Shown here: positions 25,927 through 37,364 of the stretch, piece by piece
Numbering within the stretch: position 1 is the stretch's first letter
How the letters are laid out: each line of letters begins with the position of its first letter
Source: Saprolegnia diclina VS20
Taxonomy: Eukaryota
DNA length: 64,000 nt
Assembly (NCBI RefSeq): GCF_000281045.1
Contig: NW_008246120.1
Coordinates: forward strand, 175,835 to 239,834
Direction: 5' to 3'
Notes under the pieces: model-generated
Told to the model about the DNA's origin: nothing
What the model saw: the letters and a program-made list of their open reading frames with translations, nothing else
Database searches by the model: none
Program-made: the position numbers and the translations under genes

Positions 25927-27156
25927 ATGATGCTCGGATGCTACGCAGAAGACCCGCTGGCCAAACAGAGCCGTCAGCAAGCACACGCCCACGCCGCCTC
26001 GAGCGGCCACGACGTTGGCGCCGACTCGTTTGTCGATGTAGAAAAGGACGGCGAACTCGGCTGGTTTAGCGACGGCAGCCTCCTGCGCATGGACGAGTTT
26101 GGCCACGACATTGAGTGGGTCAACGACGAGCTCGACCAAAGCCTGCACCTGCAATTCGCCCACGGCGACAGCGAAGACCTCTTTGCCCGCGAATTTGCAC
26201 CCTTTGCAGTACCCTCGACGGCGACGCCGCTCGATGTGGCGTCCAACAACCAGCCCACCGCCTCTGGTACGCCACTCTTATCGCATCTCGAATGGGACGA
26301 AGAAGAGGATCTGACCATGCACTTCAACCCGATAGATGGCATGCACTTGGCAAGTGGTGACTTTCGGGCATGCGAGAAGCTCCTCATGAGCTTTGACACG
26401 ATGAGCTACACGTCGCCGTCGCCGATCTCGTCGCCGCGCCGCGGTGATGCATCACTGGACGACGCGATGCTCGATGACGACATGGACGACGAGATGGACA
26501 TTGACGACGACATGTCGCTCGACGACGATAGTGACGCGCTCTCGTCGATGACCGACATGGAAACCGAGAGCCTCAAGGCCGCGCTCGCCAAGCTCTCGCC
26601 GCCCGTCGTCACCAAGGTCGAGCACAAGACCATTGTCGCGCCCGTGAAGAAGATTTTCGAGCCCATTTGCCATCAGCGCACGATTGGCGCGTACACGCCG
26701 GCCGCGCGCAAGCTGCGACTGGAGAAGTTCCACGAGAAGCGGAAGAAGCGCATTTGGAAGAAAAGCATCAAGTACGACTGCCGGAAGAAGCTCGCAGACG
26801 ATCGCCCGCGCATCAAGGGCCGCTTTGTGCGCGTGCTCGAGAACCTCAACCTCGTCAAGTCGGAAGAGGCGGCGACTGTGGTCCCCGACGCCGCCACGGT
26901 TACCGCGACCGTGGACGCGATTCCGAAGGAGGTATCCGCGCCGAGCGAGGCCCCCGTGACGGACGCCGCGCCGGTCGGGACGCCCGCAGGCACGCCGAGC
27001 CCGACCGCCGTCTCGTCGCTGCTCGGCGCGAGCCTGAGCCCGACCGTCAACGCCATCTCGACCAACTTTGGCTTTGGCTTTGGGTCGCCTGTCGTCATGG
27101 TCAAGCTCGAGCAGCCGCCGCCGTTCCCGCTCGTCGGCCGCGCAATCTTGGGCTAG
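25927..27156 (+). CDS. CCT-motif (CONSTANS/CO-like/TOC1) protein
   Basis: IGAYTPAARKLRLEKFHEKRKKRIWKKSIKYDCRKKLADDRPRIKGRFVR. Confidence 0.92.
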   Translation: MMLGCYAEDPLAKQSRQQAHAHAASSGHDVGADSFVDVEKDGELGWFSDGSLLRMDEFGHDIEWVNDELDQSLHLQFAHGDSEDLFAREFAPFAVPSTATPLDVASNNQPTASGTPLLSHLEWDEEEDLTMHFNPIDGMHLASGDFRACEKLLMSFDTMSYTSPSPISSPRRGDASLDDAMLDDDMDDEMDIDDDMSLDDDSDALSSMTDMETESLKAALAKLSPPVVTKVEHKTIVAPVKKIFEPICHQRTIGAYTPAARKLRLEKFHEKRKKRIWKKSIKYDCRKKLADDRPRIKGRFVRVLENLNLVKSEEAATVVPDAATVTATVDAIPKEVSAPSEAPVTDAAPVGTPAGTPSPTAVSSLLGASLSPTVNAISTNFGFGFGSPVVMVKLEQPPPFPLVGRAILG

Positions 27157-27522
27157 CGACATGCTTGTCTGTAGTAGTAGTAGTTCCCCATCCACCAAAA
27201 ACCACCATCTCTGCCGCTCGAAAGCGCGACGCAGAAACATCATAGCGCTAGAACCCGAGTCGCCCGTAGTCCCCTCGAAAATAACACTCTTTCGACTCAA
27301 CTCTCTTCAGCCGACGCTAAGCAGAGCCACTGCCGCTTGCCGTGGAAGAGCACTCGGGGGCTCCTAGGCCAGCTCGTCTCTGGACCGAGACCTCGCTCGT
27401 TGGGGCGCAAGACATGGTCAAATAGCGCGTCAACTTGATACTTGTGGAACTTGATACTTTATTTTGTCTGGCCACCAACCACGACGATACATCATCATCG
27501 TATTATCAACATGGCATCCCAG

Positions 27523-29408
27523 CTACGTGTGCTGGCCAAAGGGAGGGCGGTACGACTCCATGGCCTTCTCTTCGTCCGAGACGATGATGGCTTCGATCTG
27601 CCGGAGCACTGGCGAGAGCTCCTGCACCTTGCGCGTGAGCACGTCAATGTACTCGCCTGCTTGTTGCCGAAACGCGAAGTCCTGCGGGTACGTCGACGAC
27701 ACCGTGTTGCGCATCTTGAGCACGTCGTTGATAAAGAGGCTAATGCGCGGGTACCGCCGCATGTGGCAAAACTGCATCAGCCGCGTAATGTCCATACCCT
27801 AACCCGACCATGAGACTGGGCGTCGCTGCGAGACAACGACGTACGTTGGCATAGCCCGGCTCGTCGCGAAGGACACATGTAAACGCTTCGCCAAACTTGT
27901 AGTCCTCGGTCGTGTCCTTGATGGCCTTGAGAAAATGGTAATTGAGCCGCCCGATCGCCGACCGGTCGGTCGCAAGCGCTGCGATCGGGACGGGCTTGAT
28001 GACCTACATACCCTTCCATGAGCAAGAGACTAGTGCATTTACGAGGCCTACGTGGGTCTCGCTGCTCATGGTGCGAGGCGCTTCGCTCTTGATGTACGTG
28101 GGTGTCGACGATGGCGCGAGCGACGCATACGCCCGCGGCGGCTCCTGGTACCCGTACCCTTGGCGCGACGACGACGGCGGCGGCGTCAGAAACGATGTGC
28201 GCTGGGCGACCGGTGGCAGCGACGGCGGCGCCATGAACGACGACGACGGGCCGCCGCTGTTGCGCCGGTACATGGCGTCGTCCTCGGGCACGTCGCCCTC
28301 CGAGAGCTGGTAGGCTGACGCGTTGGCCGCCGCACGCCACGCATTTCCGTCGACATTGGGCCGCAGCGGCAGCACCGAGAGGCTCGGGATCTTCTGGAGT
28401 TGCGGGCGATCCCCCGGCGGCGTCTGGTGCGCGTAGGGCGATGGCGACCGGTGGTGCGGGCTGTACTGTGGCTGGTCAAGGCGCGCAAACTTGGCCCGGG
28501 CGTCGTCGACCATTTCGTCTTGGCGGGGGCGGTACTGCTGCGGGCGCGGCTGTGTCGGCAGCGGCTGCAGCATGCCATGGTGCGGCGACGGCGACTGGCG
28601 GTCGTGGATATGGGGCGGTGTGGGCACGCGCGGCGGCGGCTCTTGCTGCTGTAGTTGCTGTAGGTGCTGCTGTTGCTGATGTTGCTGATGTTGTTGCGGC
28701 TGCAGTTGCTGTTGTTGTTGTTGTTGCGGCTGCTTTTGCTGTTCCATGCTTGCCGTCTGCTTGGAGCTAAGCTGCGGCGTGACGGGGAGGAGCCACTTCA
28801 TGAGGGTGTCCCGCGGCAGGTCCTCGGCGTCGCCGTCCGAGTAGGCAACGTGATACTGGTCACCGTACTCTTCCGAGTGCCAATGGCGGACGACCGAGCC
28901 CTGGTACCAGCCAAACCCTTCGAAAAATTTGCGCACTATCCGGCGGATCAGGATCCTCGTCATATAGCAGCAGCACCGTCGTACCTTTGCGGCCAAGGAG
29001 GTTCGACGACGGCTGCGAGACTTTGGCGTCGCTGCGCATCGACATGTGGTGGGCCTCTGTCGTTGGACGTTCGTCGGGCGTTGCTAGCCGCGCGTCGTCG
29101 CCAGAGTTCGTCGTCATGTCGGTCCGGCCATCCATCGGCGGCGGCGACGGCGTCAAGCCACGCATCATACCAACGCTCGCGTTCACTTCGATGCTCTCGA
29201 CGGTCGTGCCGTCGACCGTCGCTTGGTCGGGCGGTCCGCTGAACGGCTTGGTCAAGTCATTAGCCTCATGGAGCCCGCGGATCTTGGCAGGCACGTAGCC
29301 GTCCACATGCGGGTTCTCATGCGACGACGCGTCCGACCGGCGGAAGCCATCGTGCTCGAAGGGCGCGTCCTTGACCGCAAAGACCGCGGATCGTCCGTCG
29401 GCCTCCAT
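27523..29408 (-). CDS. Tudor-like (PTM/DIR17-type) domain protein with a poly-Q region, multi-exon
   Basis: RRIVRKFFEGFGWYQGSVV...YHVAYSDGDAEDL; poly-Q at about 28645-28745. Confidence 0.7.
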
Positions 29409-29754
29409 CGTGCTTGCTTTCTTTCCAGTGTTACTTTCGGATGCACGTTGACATTATTTAAATTTCTATCCGGATACGTATCCGGATACGGTGGAGCCTT
29501 CCATGGTTTGGGTTGCGATCTTCGACCACCGACCACCGAACGACCGGCATCGACCGCATTTAGCCGGCCGGTCGACCGAGGGCCGCGCCGCGCCTGCGTG
29601 CAACAGCGTCCACCTCGCTACCACCGCGATATGGCGCTGCGTACATGGCGCCCGCGGCCATGAGGATGTTGCGTCAACATGCTCGCCCAAGGGGCTACTT
29701 GGGACTGCACTCATTCTGGTATTAATGCCAAAAGAACGCCGTCGTCTTGGATTC

Positions 29755-31997
29755 TTAGTCGAGATCGCGCTGGAAGATGCCAAAGATGGTATCACGCATG
29801 TCGTCGATCGCGCGCTGGGCCGCGGGCACCAGGTCGCCGTAGATAAGAAAGCCATGGGTGAGGTCGGGCAGCACCTTGAGCGCGCCGGGCACATGGAGGT
29901 TGGAGAGGCGCGTGTGAAAGTCGACGCTGTCGTCGAGGAGCGGGTCGAGGTCGCCGACCATGAGCGTCGTGTGCGGGAACTGCGAGAGGATCGTGTCGTT
30001 GGCGAGGCCGGGCGACACCATTGGGTCGTGGATGTTGTCCTTGTACTCGGCGTCGTCGCCATGCGACGGGTTGTACGACTTGAGCGCGAGCTCGAGGATC
30101 GCCCGCGGCAGCACCGGGTCGCTCTGGTGCAAAAAGCGCGACGGCGACGGCGACATGTTCATGTTGAGCGCCGGGTACACGAGGAGGATGCCGTTGGGGA
30201 GGCGGACGTTCTCAAGCGTGCACTTGACCGTGAGCGCGGCCGCGAGGTTGCCGCCTACGCTACCATGAATGCCACCACATATTGCGCAAGGAGGTACCGG
30301 CGCTCTCGCCAAAGAACGCAATGCTGGACGGAACGAACCCCAGACCGCCATCGAGGACCCACTTGTACACGGTGAAGCACTGGTTGAGCGAGTGCGGGTA
30401 CTGCATCTCGGGCGCCAAGCCGTAATCTGCCTCAGATTTTACACAGTTTGTCCAACCTGGAACGACGTACCAATGTAGACAATGACAGCACCGAGCGCGA
30501 CGGCCCACTCGCTCAAGTTGAAGAGGTCTTTGGCAAGGAACCGCCCGAAAAAACCACCGCCGTGGATGTAGAGGAGCACAGGGCGCGCGTACGGCAGCCC
30601 AATGGCCGCGAGGTTCGCCGGCAGCGTTGACGGCCACGTGCCGTTCTTGACGTGCTCCATCGAGCGGGCGCTAAAGACGCGGATGCCAATGTCACTCGCG
30701 TCGCGCTGGTAGCGCCCGGCCGCGACGCCGTGCGCGTTGACAAAGATCTGGTGCCGCACCGCGAGCTTGGGTGACTGGAGCAGCGCCATGCGAATCGCTA
30801 GAAACGATTCGCCAAAGAGCCGCCAGCCCATGCGGATCGTGTCGACGTCCGGGTTGTCCATGAGGAGGCGCGTGACGTACCGACAGGCCTTCTTGAAGCG
30901 CACGCCGTAGTACGGCACGAGCGCGGCCGAGAGGTACGGGCCGAGGTACGGGAAGAGGTGGTCGCCGACGAGCCAGCGCGCGGTCGCCGCGGACGCAAGG
31001 AGCACGGACGTGCCGGCCTTGAAGGCCGTGAGCCCGACGTGCTCGTGCGACCGGTCGTAGATCTCGGACGGCAGCGGGACACGCTCGATGAGGAGGACGC
31101 TGGCCGACTTGAGGTGGTCGTTGATGTCGGCTTCCATGGGCGCGTCGATGAGAAGGCGCTGCGACTTGGACCGGTTCAAGCGCGTGCGGTCGAGTACGTG
31201 CTGGCAGAGGAGGAAGAGACGTAGCGTCATGAGTACGCGCGAGTGGTGCACCTTGAGCTGGCGCAATTTGGAGAAGCGGTAGAGAAGGCGCCACGCATAG
31301 TCGTAGCAGATGAGGCCAAGAACGCCGGCTTCGACGTGGCGCAATGACGGAAGGAACGTGAGCAAGATCGACCGGAACGACTCGCGGTGCACGAAGCGCT
31401 TCCGGGCCATGTAGAAGAAGATGGCCGTGACGACGAACGGGGTTGCGGACCACCGGTTTTCCCAGAACGGATCGTAGTTGTGCGAGAGCCGCTGGAGAAC
31501 GTCCTTTGTATCCTCCATCGACACGGTCACATGCCGCAGCAACGAGGCGACGCCGCCGGCCAAGATCGCATGACGCTTGTCCATGGGGATGAGCGGAATG
31601 ATGTCTTTGAGTGCCTGCTTGTCGCGGTAGTCGAGGCGCGGGTTGCAAATGACCTCTTCCTTGATGAAGCTGTACAGGACACGCTCAAAGGATGCTACCG
31701 TGAGCGAGAGGTGCTGGAGCTCGCGGCCAACACGACCATAGGCATTTTCACGAATGATGCGTCGCAAAACCTAGTGGTGTATGAGGCTACGGCGATGCGT
31801 GGTCATAGCAGTACCTGGATCGTCGAGAGGACGGCGGTCGACGTTGCAATCAAGAGCGCAACGTCGTCCTTGTGGTCTTTCGCCGAGGCTGGCGAGCCCG
31901 GCGTCGGCGCCTCGAGGCTGCGCTCGTGGCTCGGGCCAATCTGCCCGAGCAGGAGCACCGTGCTGAGCGACTTGGCCATCGCCGCCGGTTCCGTCAT
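29755..31997 (-). CDS. Hormone-sensitive-lipase family alpha/beta hydrolase, multi-exon
   Basis: YIHGGGF, DYGLAPEMQYP, FGESA/GGNL, DPLLDDS, HGF. Confidence 0.9.
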
Positions 31998-32980
31998 CGC
32001 ACTGGTCGCCTTCGAGAACGCTGCCGAGTGGACAGCAAAAATAAAATCTAAAAAAAAAGCGTATCCTGTTTCGTCAGCGCAAAACCTCTATATTCGCATA
32101 TAATATCCATACATAGAGGTTTGCGAGAGCTTGTCTTTGACACCCAACAAGAAAGTGGTCGTGCCGGCAGCAGCTCCCGTGAATGCATCAATGGCGTTGA
32201 CGACCAGCGCTGGGTGGCTGCATACGAATACCAGTGCGATTGGTGCTTGCTGCGGCGTCCGAGCTCCGAGCTCCGAGCTCGGCGTCGTGCGAAAGCGAGC
32301 GATGCGCCGTAGCCAGCTTGAAGTTGGATGGTGCCACAGTGGTCATGCGTCCGCTGCGGCGCACGCACGGTTGATTACTTGACAGAGTGAGATCAGCGAC
32401 AGGCTCCAGAAGAGTGCAACGGATGGCGGCCAGTCGTCGGCCTCATTGGGTCAGCCACGCTGAAGCATGCCACTGCCGTTCGATGAAGCGCTCTGACGTT
32501 CCTAATGGTGGAAGAAACGCGGCTTCAGCGCGGCAGCGACCCTTGTCCTTGGTCGGTAAACGTTATGGCTTGCCTATTTGGAGAACCGGGAGGACCTCAA
32601 CCGCGACCTTGGAGAGATGCTTGACAGGGCACACTATGCGAGGTTGTAGCCTGCGCGGTCACAGTGGTCAGTGAGCTATGGCGATAGCTCGTGCTGTTGT
32701 TGGCAAGCGAGACTCGTCCTATGATCCAACGGCAAGGATCTTGGATGGGCGGTTGATGATGCCGATACGGGCACGTGGGGCTGCCACGTCGAAGCATCGC
32801 GATCTGGATCGGCACGTGATTGGCCAACAAAGAAAACGCTTGCCGACGTTGGTGGCCAACGAGCCAAAAGCAGCGGAGTCTCCATGCCAAGCCATGATCG
32901 TGCCCACGTCGATGCCGACGAATGACGTCGCACCAGTTTCCTGTGCAAGCAGCTGCTTCATCGAACGCTATCATCTCACA

Positions 32981-33565
32981 TTACTTTTTCTTGTTGCCGC
33001 TGCGCTTCTTGGAGGACTTGGTCGGTGCCTTTGCATCGTCCTCGATCGCCCATTCTTCGAGGAGCTTGGCGGCGGCGTCGGCGGCAGCGACGTCTTTCGC
33101 CCGCAGCTCAAAGGTCGCAATCTTGGCCGTCATGTCCTTGGCCACATCGTTCGGGATCGGAAACGTGAGGTGGTACTGCAGGACGAGCCAGGCGCCGTTG
33201 GCAAAGACGAGCGTGCCCGAGCCGCGCGACGTCGCGAGAAAGTCGGCGCTCACGAGAAGCTCGTCAAAGACGCAGAAGGTCGGCGCGTCGGCCGATGGCT
33301 GGTACGTGACCTTGCGGCTGCCTACGATCGGCCGGTACTCCCAGCCACCACTGCCCTGCGCAAAGTGGGGCTTGGCAAAGTCGTAGAAATCGTTGACGTG
33401 CCAGTTCTCGGACGCGTCCGTACCGAGGAAGCGGCCGTCCTTGTGGTAGCAGCCAAAGTAGCCCTTGAGGTCGCCGACCTTGGCGGCCTCATGGAACGCA
33501 TCGAGGAGCGCGTCGACCGTCGCATGGGCGCTGGCGCCGATCGTCTTGGCGCGGCTCGTTGCCAT
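32981..33565 (-). CDS. SnoaL-like/NTF2-fold protein of bacterial type; intronless
   Basis: LLDAFHEAA...YF...FLGTDASENW...FAKPHF...VFDELL...RGSGTLV...WLVLQYHLTFPIPN. Confidence 0.85.
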   Translation of the reverse strand: MATSRAKTIGASAHATVDALLDAFHEAAKVGDLKGYFGCYHKDGRFLGTDASENWHVNDFYDFAKPHFAQGSGGWEYRPIVGSRKVTYQPSADAPTFCVFDELLVSADFLATSRGSGTLVFANGAWLVLQYHLTFPIPNDVAKDMTAKIATFELRAKDVAAADAAAKLLEEWAIEDDAKAPTKSSKKRSGNKKK

Positions 33566-33762
33566 TGCAGAGGAATTCAAATTCGGCACTGACAGGCTTT
33601 TGTTGTGGCATATGCCGCCTCTGGATGCCACTTCGAAATGGCGTGTGCGTCTGGCACTGTATTTGAGCCAATCCCATGCGCGGAGAAAGAGGAGTGGCTA
33701 CTTTTTGGCCAATCCCATGGCCGTGCGTATCCGGCTGCATGGACGAGCCCAATTTGCATTTG

Positions 33763-35500
33763 ATGGCAACTGACGCACAGACGCTGGCGGCGGCCCTTGG
33801 CGCCCTCGTGCTCCTCGCCTTTGTCGCGGTCAAGTACACGGCGAGCAAGGTGCTTGAAGCGCGCATCGAGAAGTTCCAAGCGTCGGCCAGCACGCCCGCG
33901 ACCGAGAAGACGGCCGAATATGGCTGGCTCCACGGCAAGCGCTGCCTCGTGACGGGCGGCAATGGCTTCCTTGGCCGCCACGTGGCCGAAGGCCTCTTGC
34001 GCCATGGCTGCGCCGTGCGCGTCGTCGACCTCGCGCCGTCGACGGACCTCGCCAAGGTTGATTTTGTGCAATGCGACTTGCGCGAGAAGGACCAGGTCGC
34101 CAACGCGTTTGCCGGCGCGACGTTTGACGTGGTCTTTCACTGCGCGACGCCAAGCCCGTTCTCCAAGAACACGACGCTCCTCATGCAAGTCAACGTACGC
34201 CTTCACTTCTTCTTCTTCTAGCCCTGGAGCTGCATGTGTACTAGGTCGAAGGCACGCGCAACGTCCTCGATGCATGCGAGCAGTTCAAGGTCGACCGGTT
34301 CCTCTTTGTGAGCTCGGCCGGCGTTGCGTACGAAGCCATTGATCAAATGAACGTCAACGAAGCTGCGCCGGTGCCCACGGCCTTCCGGTACCCGCCGTCT
34401 TTGTGTCGATGTCATCGTTGACCGCGCAACTTTGTAGCGACGACTACTGCCGCACCAAGTTTCTCGCCGAAGAGCTCGTGCTCAAGCGCAACTCGCCGAG
34501 CTTGCGCACGATTGCGATCCGCCCGCACGGCATGTTTGGCCCGCGCGAAGCCCACTACATGCCGTCGCTCCTCGCCGCGGCCAAGGCGGGCACGACCAAG
34601 TACCAAGTCGGCACTGGCCAGTACGCCTTTCTTTTGTCAACGTCGGTGCTGATGGCAATGGCGTAGCAACCGCGTTGACATGACGTACGTCGGCAACGTG
34701 GTGCACGCGCTCCTCCTTGCCGCCGACACGTTGGCGCCCGGCGCGAAATCGGCGGGCCAATCATATTTCATCACGAACGACGCGCCTGTCTCGCTCTGGG
34801 ATACGATTGGCCACATTTTGATGGCCATGGGCTACAACCCGCCGTCGATCGCGGTGCCGTACGGCCTCTGCATGCTCGGTGCGATATGTCAACACGGACA
34901 ATGGGCAAAGGCGAATGACACTGATGGACGCTGGTCTTAGCGGCCGCGACCGGCCTCGCGCCCGTGTCGACAGCCAAACTCCCGATGCTCGGCCAGCACC
35001 ACTACTACTCGTGCGAAAAGGTACGAGATGAAAACCCTCGTGCGTCAAGCCATCTGACGGCGTGACGTAGGCCAAGCGCGACTTTGGCTACGCGCCGCTC
35101 TACTCGGTCGAGGAAGGCTTGACGCTGACGCTTGCGACCTTCAAGGACGCGCGCGGCCCGCACTCGTTTGAGCAGTTCAAGCCCGCGTACCTCACACGCG
35201 AGTACCGCAAGTACACGCGCGCCGAGGTTGCGACGCACAACAAGGAAACCGATGCGTGGATCATTGTCAAGGACAAGGTCTTTGACATCACCGAGTACGT
35301 CGAGGACCACCCCGGTGGCCTGAGCATCCTCAACGACGTGGGCGGTGACGCGACGGTGGTATGTCATCGTGCCTTCTCCTCAATGTTGAAGAGTGATGGG
35401 TGGTGTCATATAGGGTTTTTACGGTCCGCAGCACCCGCCGACGGTGGCCGAGCACATTCTCGAGTACTTGATTGGCGAGATTGACGACACGGAGGCTTAA
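33763..35500 (+). CDS. NSDHL: Sterol-4-alpha-carboxylate 3-dehydrogenase (NSDHL/ERG26-like) fused to a C-terminal cytochrome b5 domain
   Basis: N-terminal TM; TGGNGFLG; YCRTK; IRPHGMFGP; TYVGNVVHA; AKRDFGY; then WIIVKDKVFDITEYVEDHPGG...GPQHP. Confidence 0.85.
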
Positions 35501-35603
35501 GAACCACGTCCGGCGACGATACGAGTGGTCGAGAATGATCGAAGCTCGCAATAAGATGGGCTAAGACCCGGAAGAAGACTGACGTGACAGTGTTACTATG
35601 GGT

Positions 35604-36778
35604 CTACGACGCGGTCGGTGGTGGCGGGGCGAGCGCAACGCCGTCGATGATGGGGTGCCGCTTGGCGAACGACGGCGTCTGCGGCGTCTTGGCCAGTGTC
35701 TCGAGGACTGCATGGCGGTGAGCCGGGCTTTCGTGCAAGTGGCGGAACCGCTTGAAGACCTTCATAGCGTAAATGGCGTCGACGACCGGGTCGTGGTCCG
35801 TTTCCTAAAGCGAGGGGTTCGAGCCGCAGATCGCGCGTGGATATACCTGGATCGACTCTTCGAGGAGGTACTTGACAACGTGGCGCAGCGAAAAGTACCG
35901 GTACGACGACTTGGTGTTGGGCATGCGGAAGAGCATCGCGACGTCAAAGATCGCACGGAAATCCTCACCTTCCTTCAAGCCCAGCCAGGCCACATCTAAT
36001 GCATGGTATGCCTGTGAGCGGATGGATGGCGATAATGGGGACGCACCTTTGTCGACCGACTGCCCGACGAGGACACTGTCCTTGGGCAAGATCGCCCGCA
36101 GATCGGTGAGCACCTCGGCGAGCGTTCGCGCGCCTTCCAAATGACTAATACTCGGCTGTCAGTCTCGGGATACACAGTGTGGATACGCACGCTGCCGTGA
36201 TGCCCGTGAGCTGCGTCAAGTAGCTCACGACGGGCTTGGCGGGCTTGACATACGCATCAAAGAGCGTGGATTCGTTTTCCGAGACAATGGCGATCCGTGC
36301 AACATCGCGGTCCCTAATTTGCACGAGCATATCGCAAATGGAAAGGAGTGGCATCGACGTACAAGTGGCCCGTGCCTGTAGCGACGCATTCGACGTCAAT
36401 GGCGAAGAATGGACCGAGGAGGTCCCGCGTGAGCACCGTCTCGTCGGCGATCGAAAGCTGCGTCATGTCGGGCAGCGGCGCCGGCGCCGACACGCTTTCA
36501 TGCGAGAAGCTGCATTGCGCGCCGTTGCGACATTGGCCCTTGAGGAAAAAGCGGCAGGGTTGCTTCCGCGCTGGGCGCGACTTGACCGACGCGGCGCCTG
36601 GAGCCTTGGCTAGCGCAGCGTCGTGGCGGAATTGGCACGAGCTGCCCTTGGCGCATCCCTGCGGCGAGGTGAAGAAGCGACAGGTAGGCGCCGACGCCGG
36701 GTTGTAGATGGCGTACTTGGTCTTGGCCGGCGGCAGCGGCGGCGCAGGACCGGGCGGCAGCGGTGGCGAGGGCTCCAT
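35604..36778 (-). CDS. DEDDh RNA exonuclease (REX4-like) with two CCCH zinc fingers
   Basis: CRFF...GCAKGSSCQFRH; CRFFLKGQCRNGAQCSFSH; AIDVECV; SYLTQLTGI; HDPVVDA. Confidence 0.85.
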
Positions 36779-37364
36779 GCTTTTGAGATATCCAACCCCA
36801 CGTCGTCCCCGCGAAACTTGATGCTAGAATATGCATTGCTGCAGGTCATGAAACCGCCGACTTTGAACCTCTTGTGGATTGGCCAAAATGCGGACAGGAA
36901 GCGCAGGGGATTGGCCATCGCAGAGATATTTTTCTCAAACTCAAAAACAAACTCAAAAACTCTTGTATCGTTCTCCAGGACGCTGAGCTCGAGCCAAGCG
37001 CGACGCAAGAGAAGAAGCACGCCGGCGGCGTCCAGAAGCTCATAAACGTGCGCCCATCCAAGCCATGAGCGGCCAATGATGACGTTTTCCGACTCCAAAA
37101 ACGTCATCCGAGTCGGAGAACGGCATTGGGTGGTGCAATGTGTCGTCGATGACGTGGGAGGACGCACGTTCGCTCCAGTCTTACCCTCCTACCCTCCAAG
37201 ACGTCAACCAAGAGCTCACAAACGAGCTGCTCCAGCCCCGGGCGTGTGTTGAGCATTCTTCGTAGCAGGGTGCTCATTGGCGCGCGTAACATAAATCAAC
37301 GTTTCTACTCGTATTACATGGACGTAGGAGGGTTGGAGTGCGCTAGCATGTAAGGAGCTAGCTG

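Noticed and set aside
32000..32980. ORFs in the interval between the HSL-like and SnoaL genes
   Set aside because: No coding-like composition or domain motif recognised
36924..36932. AGATATTTT evening-element match
   Set aside because: Single 9-mer, plausible by chance, and not near the CCT gene
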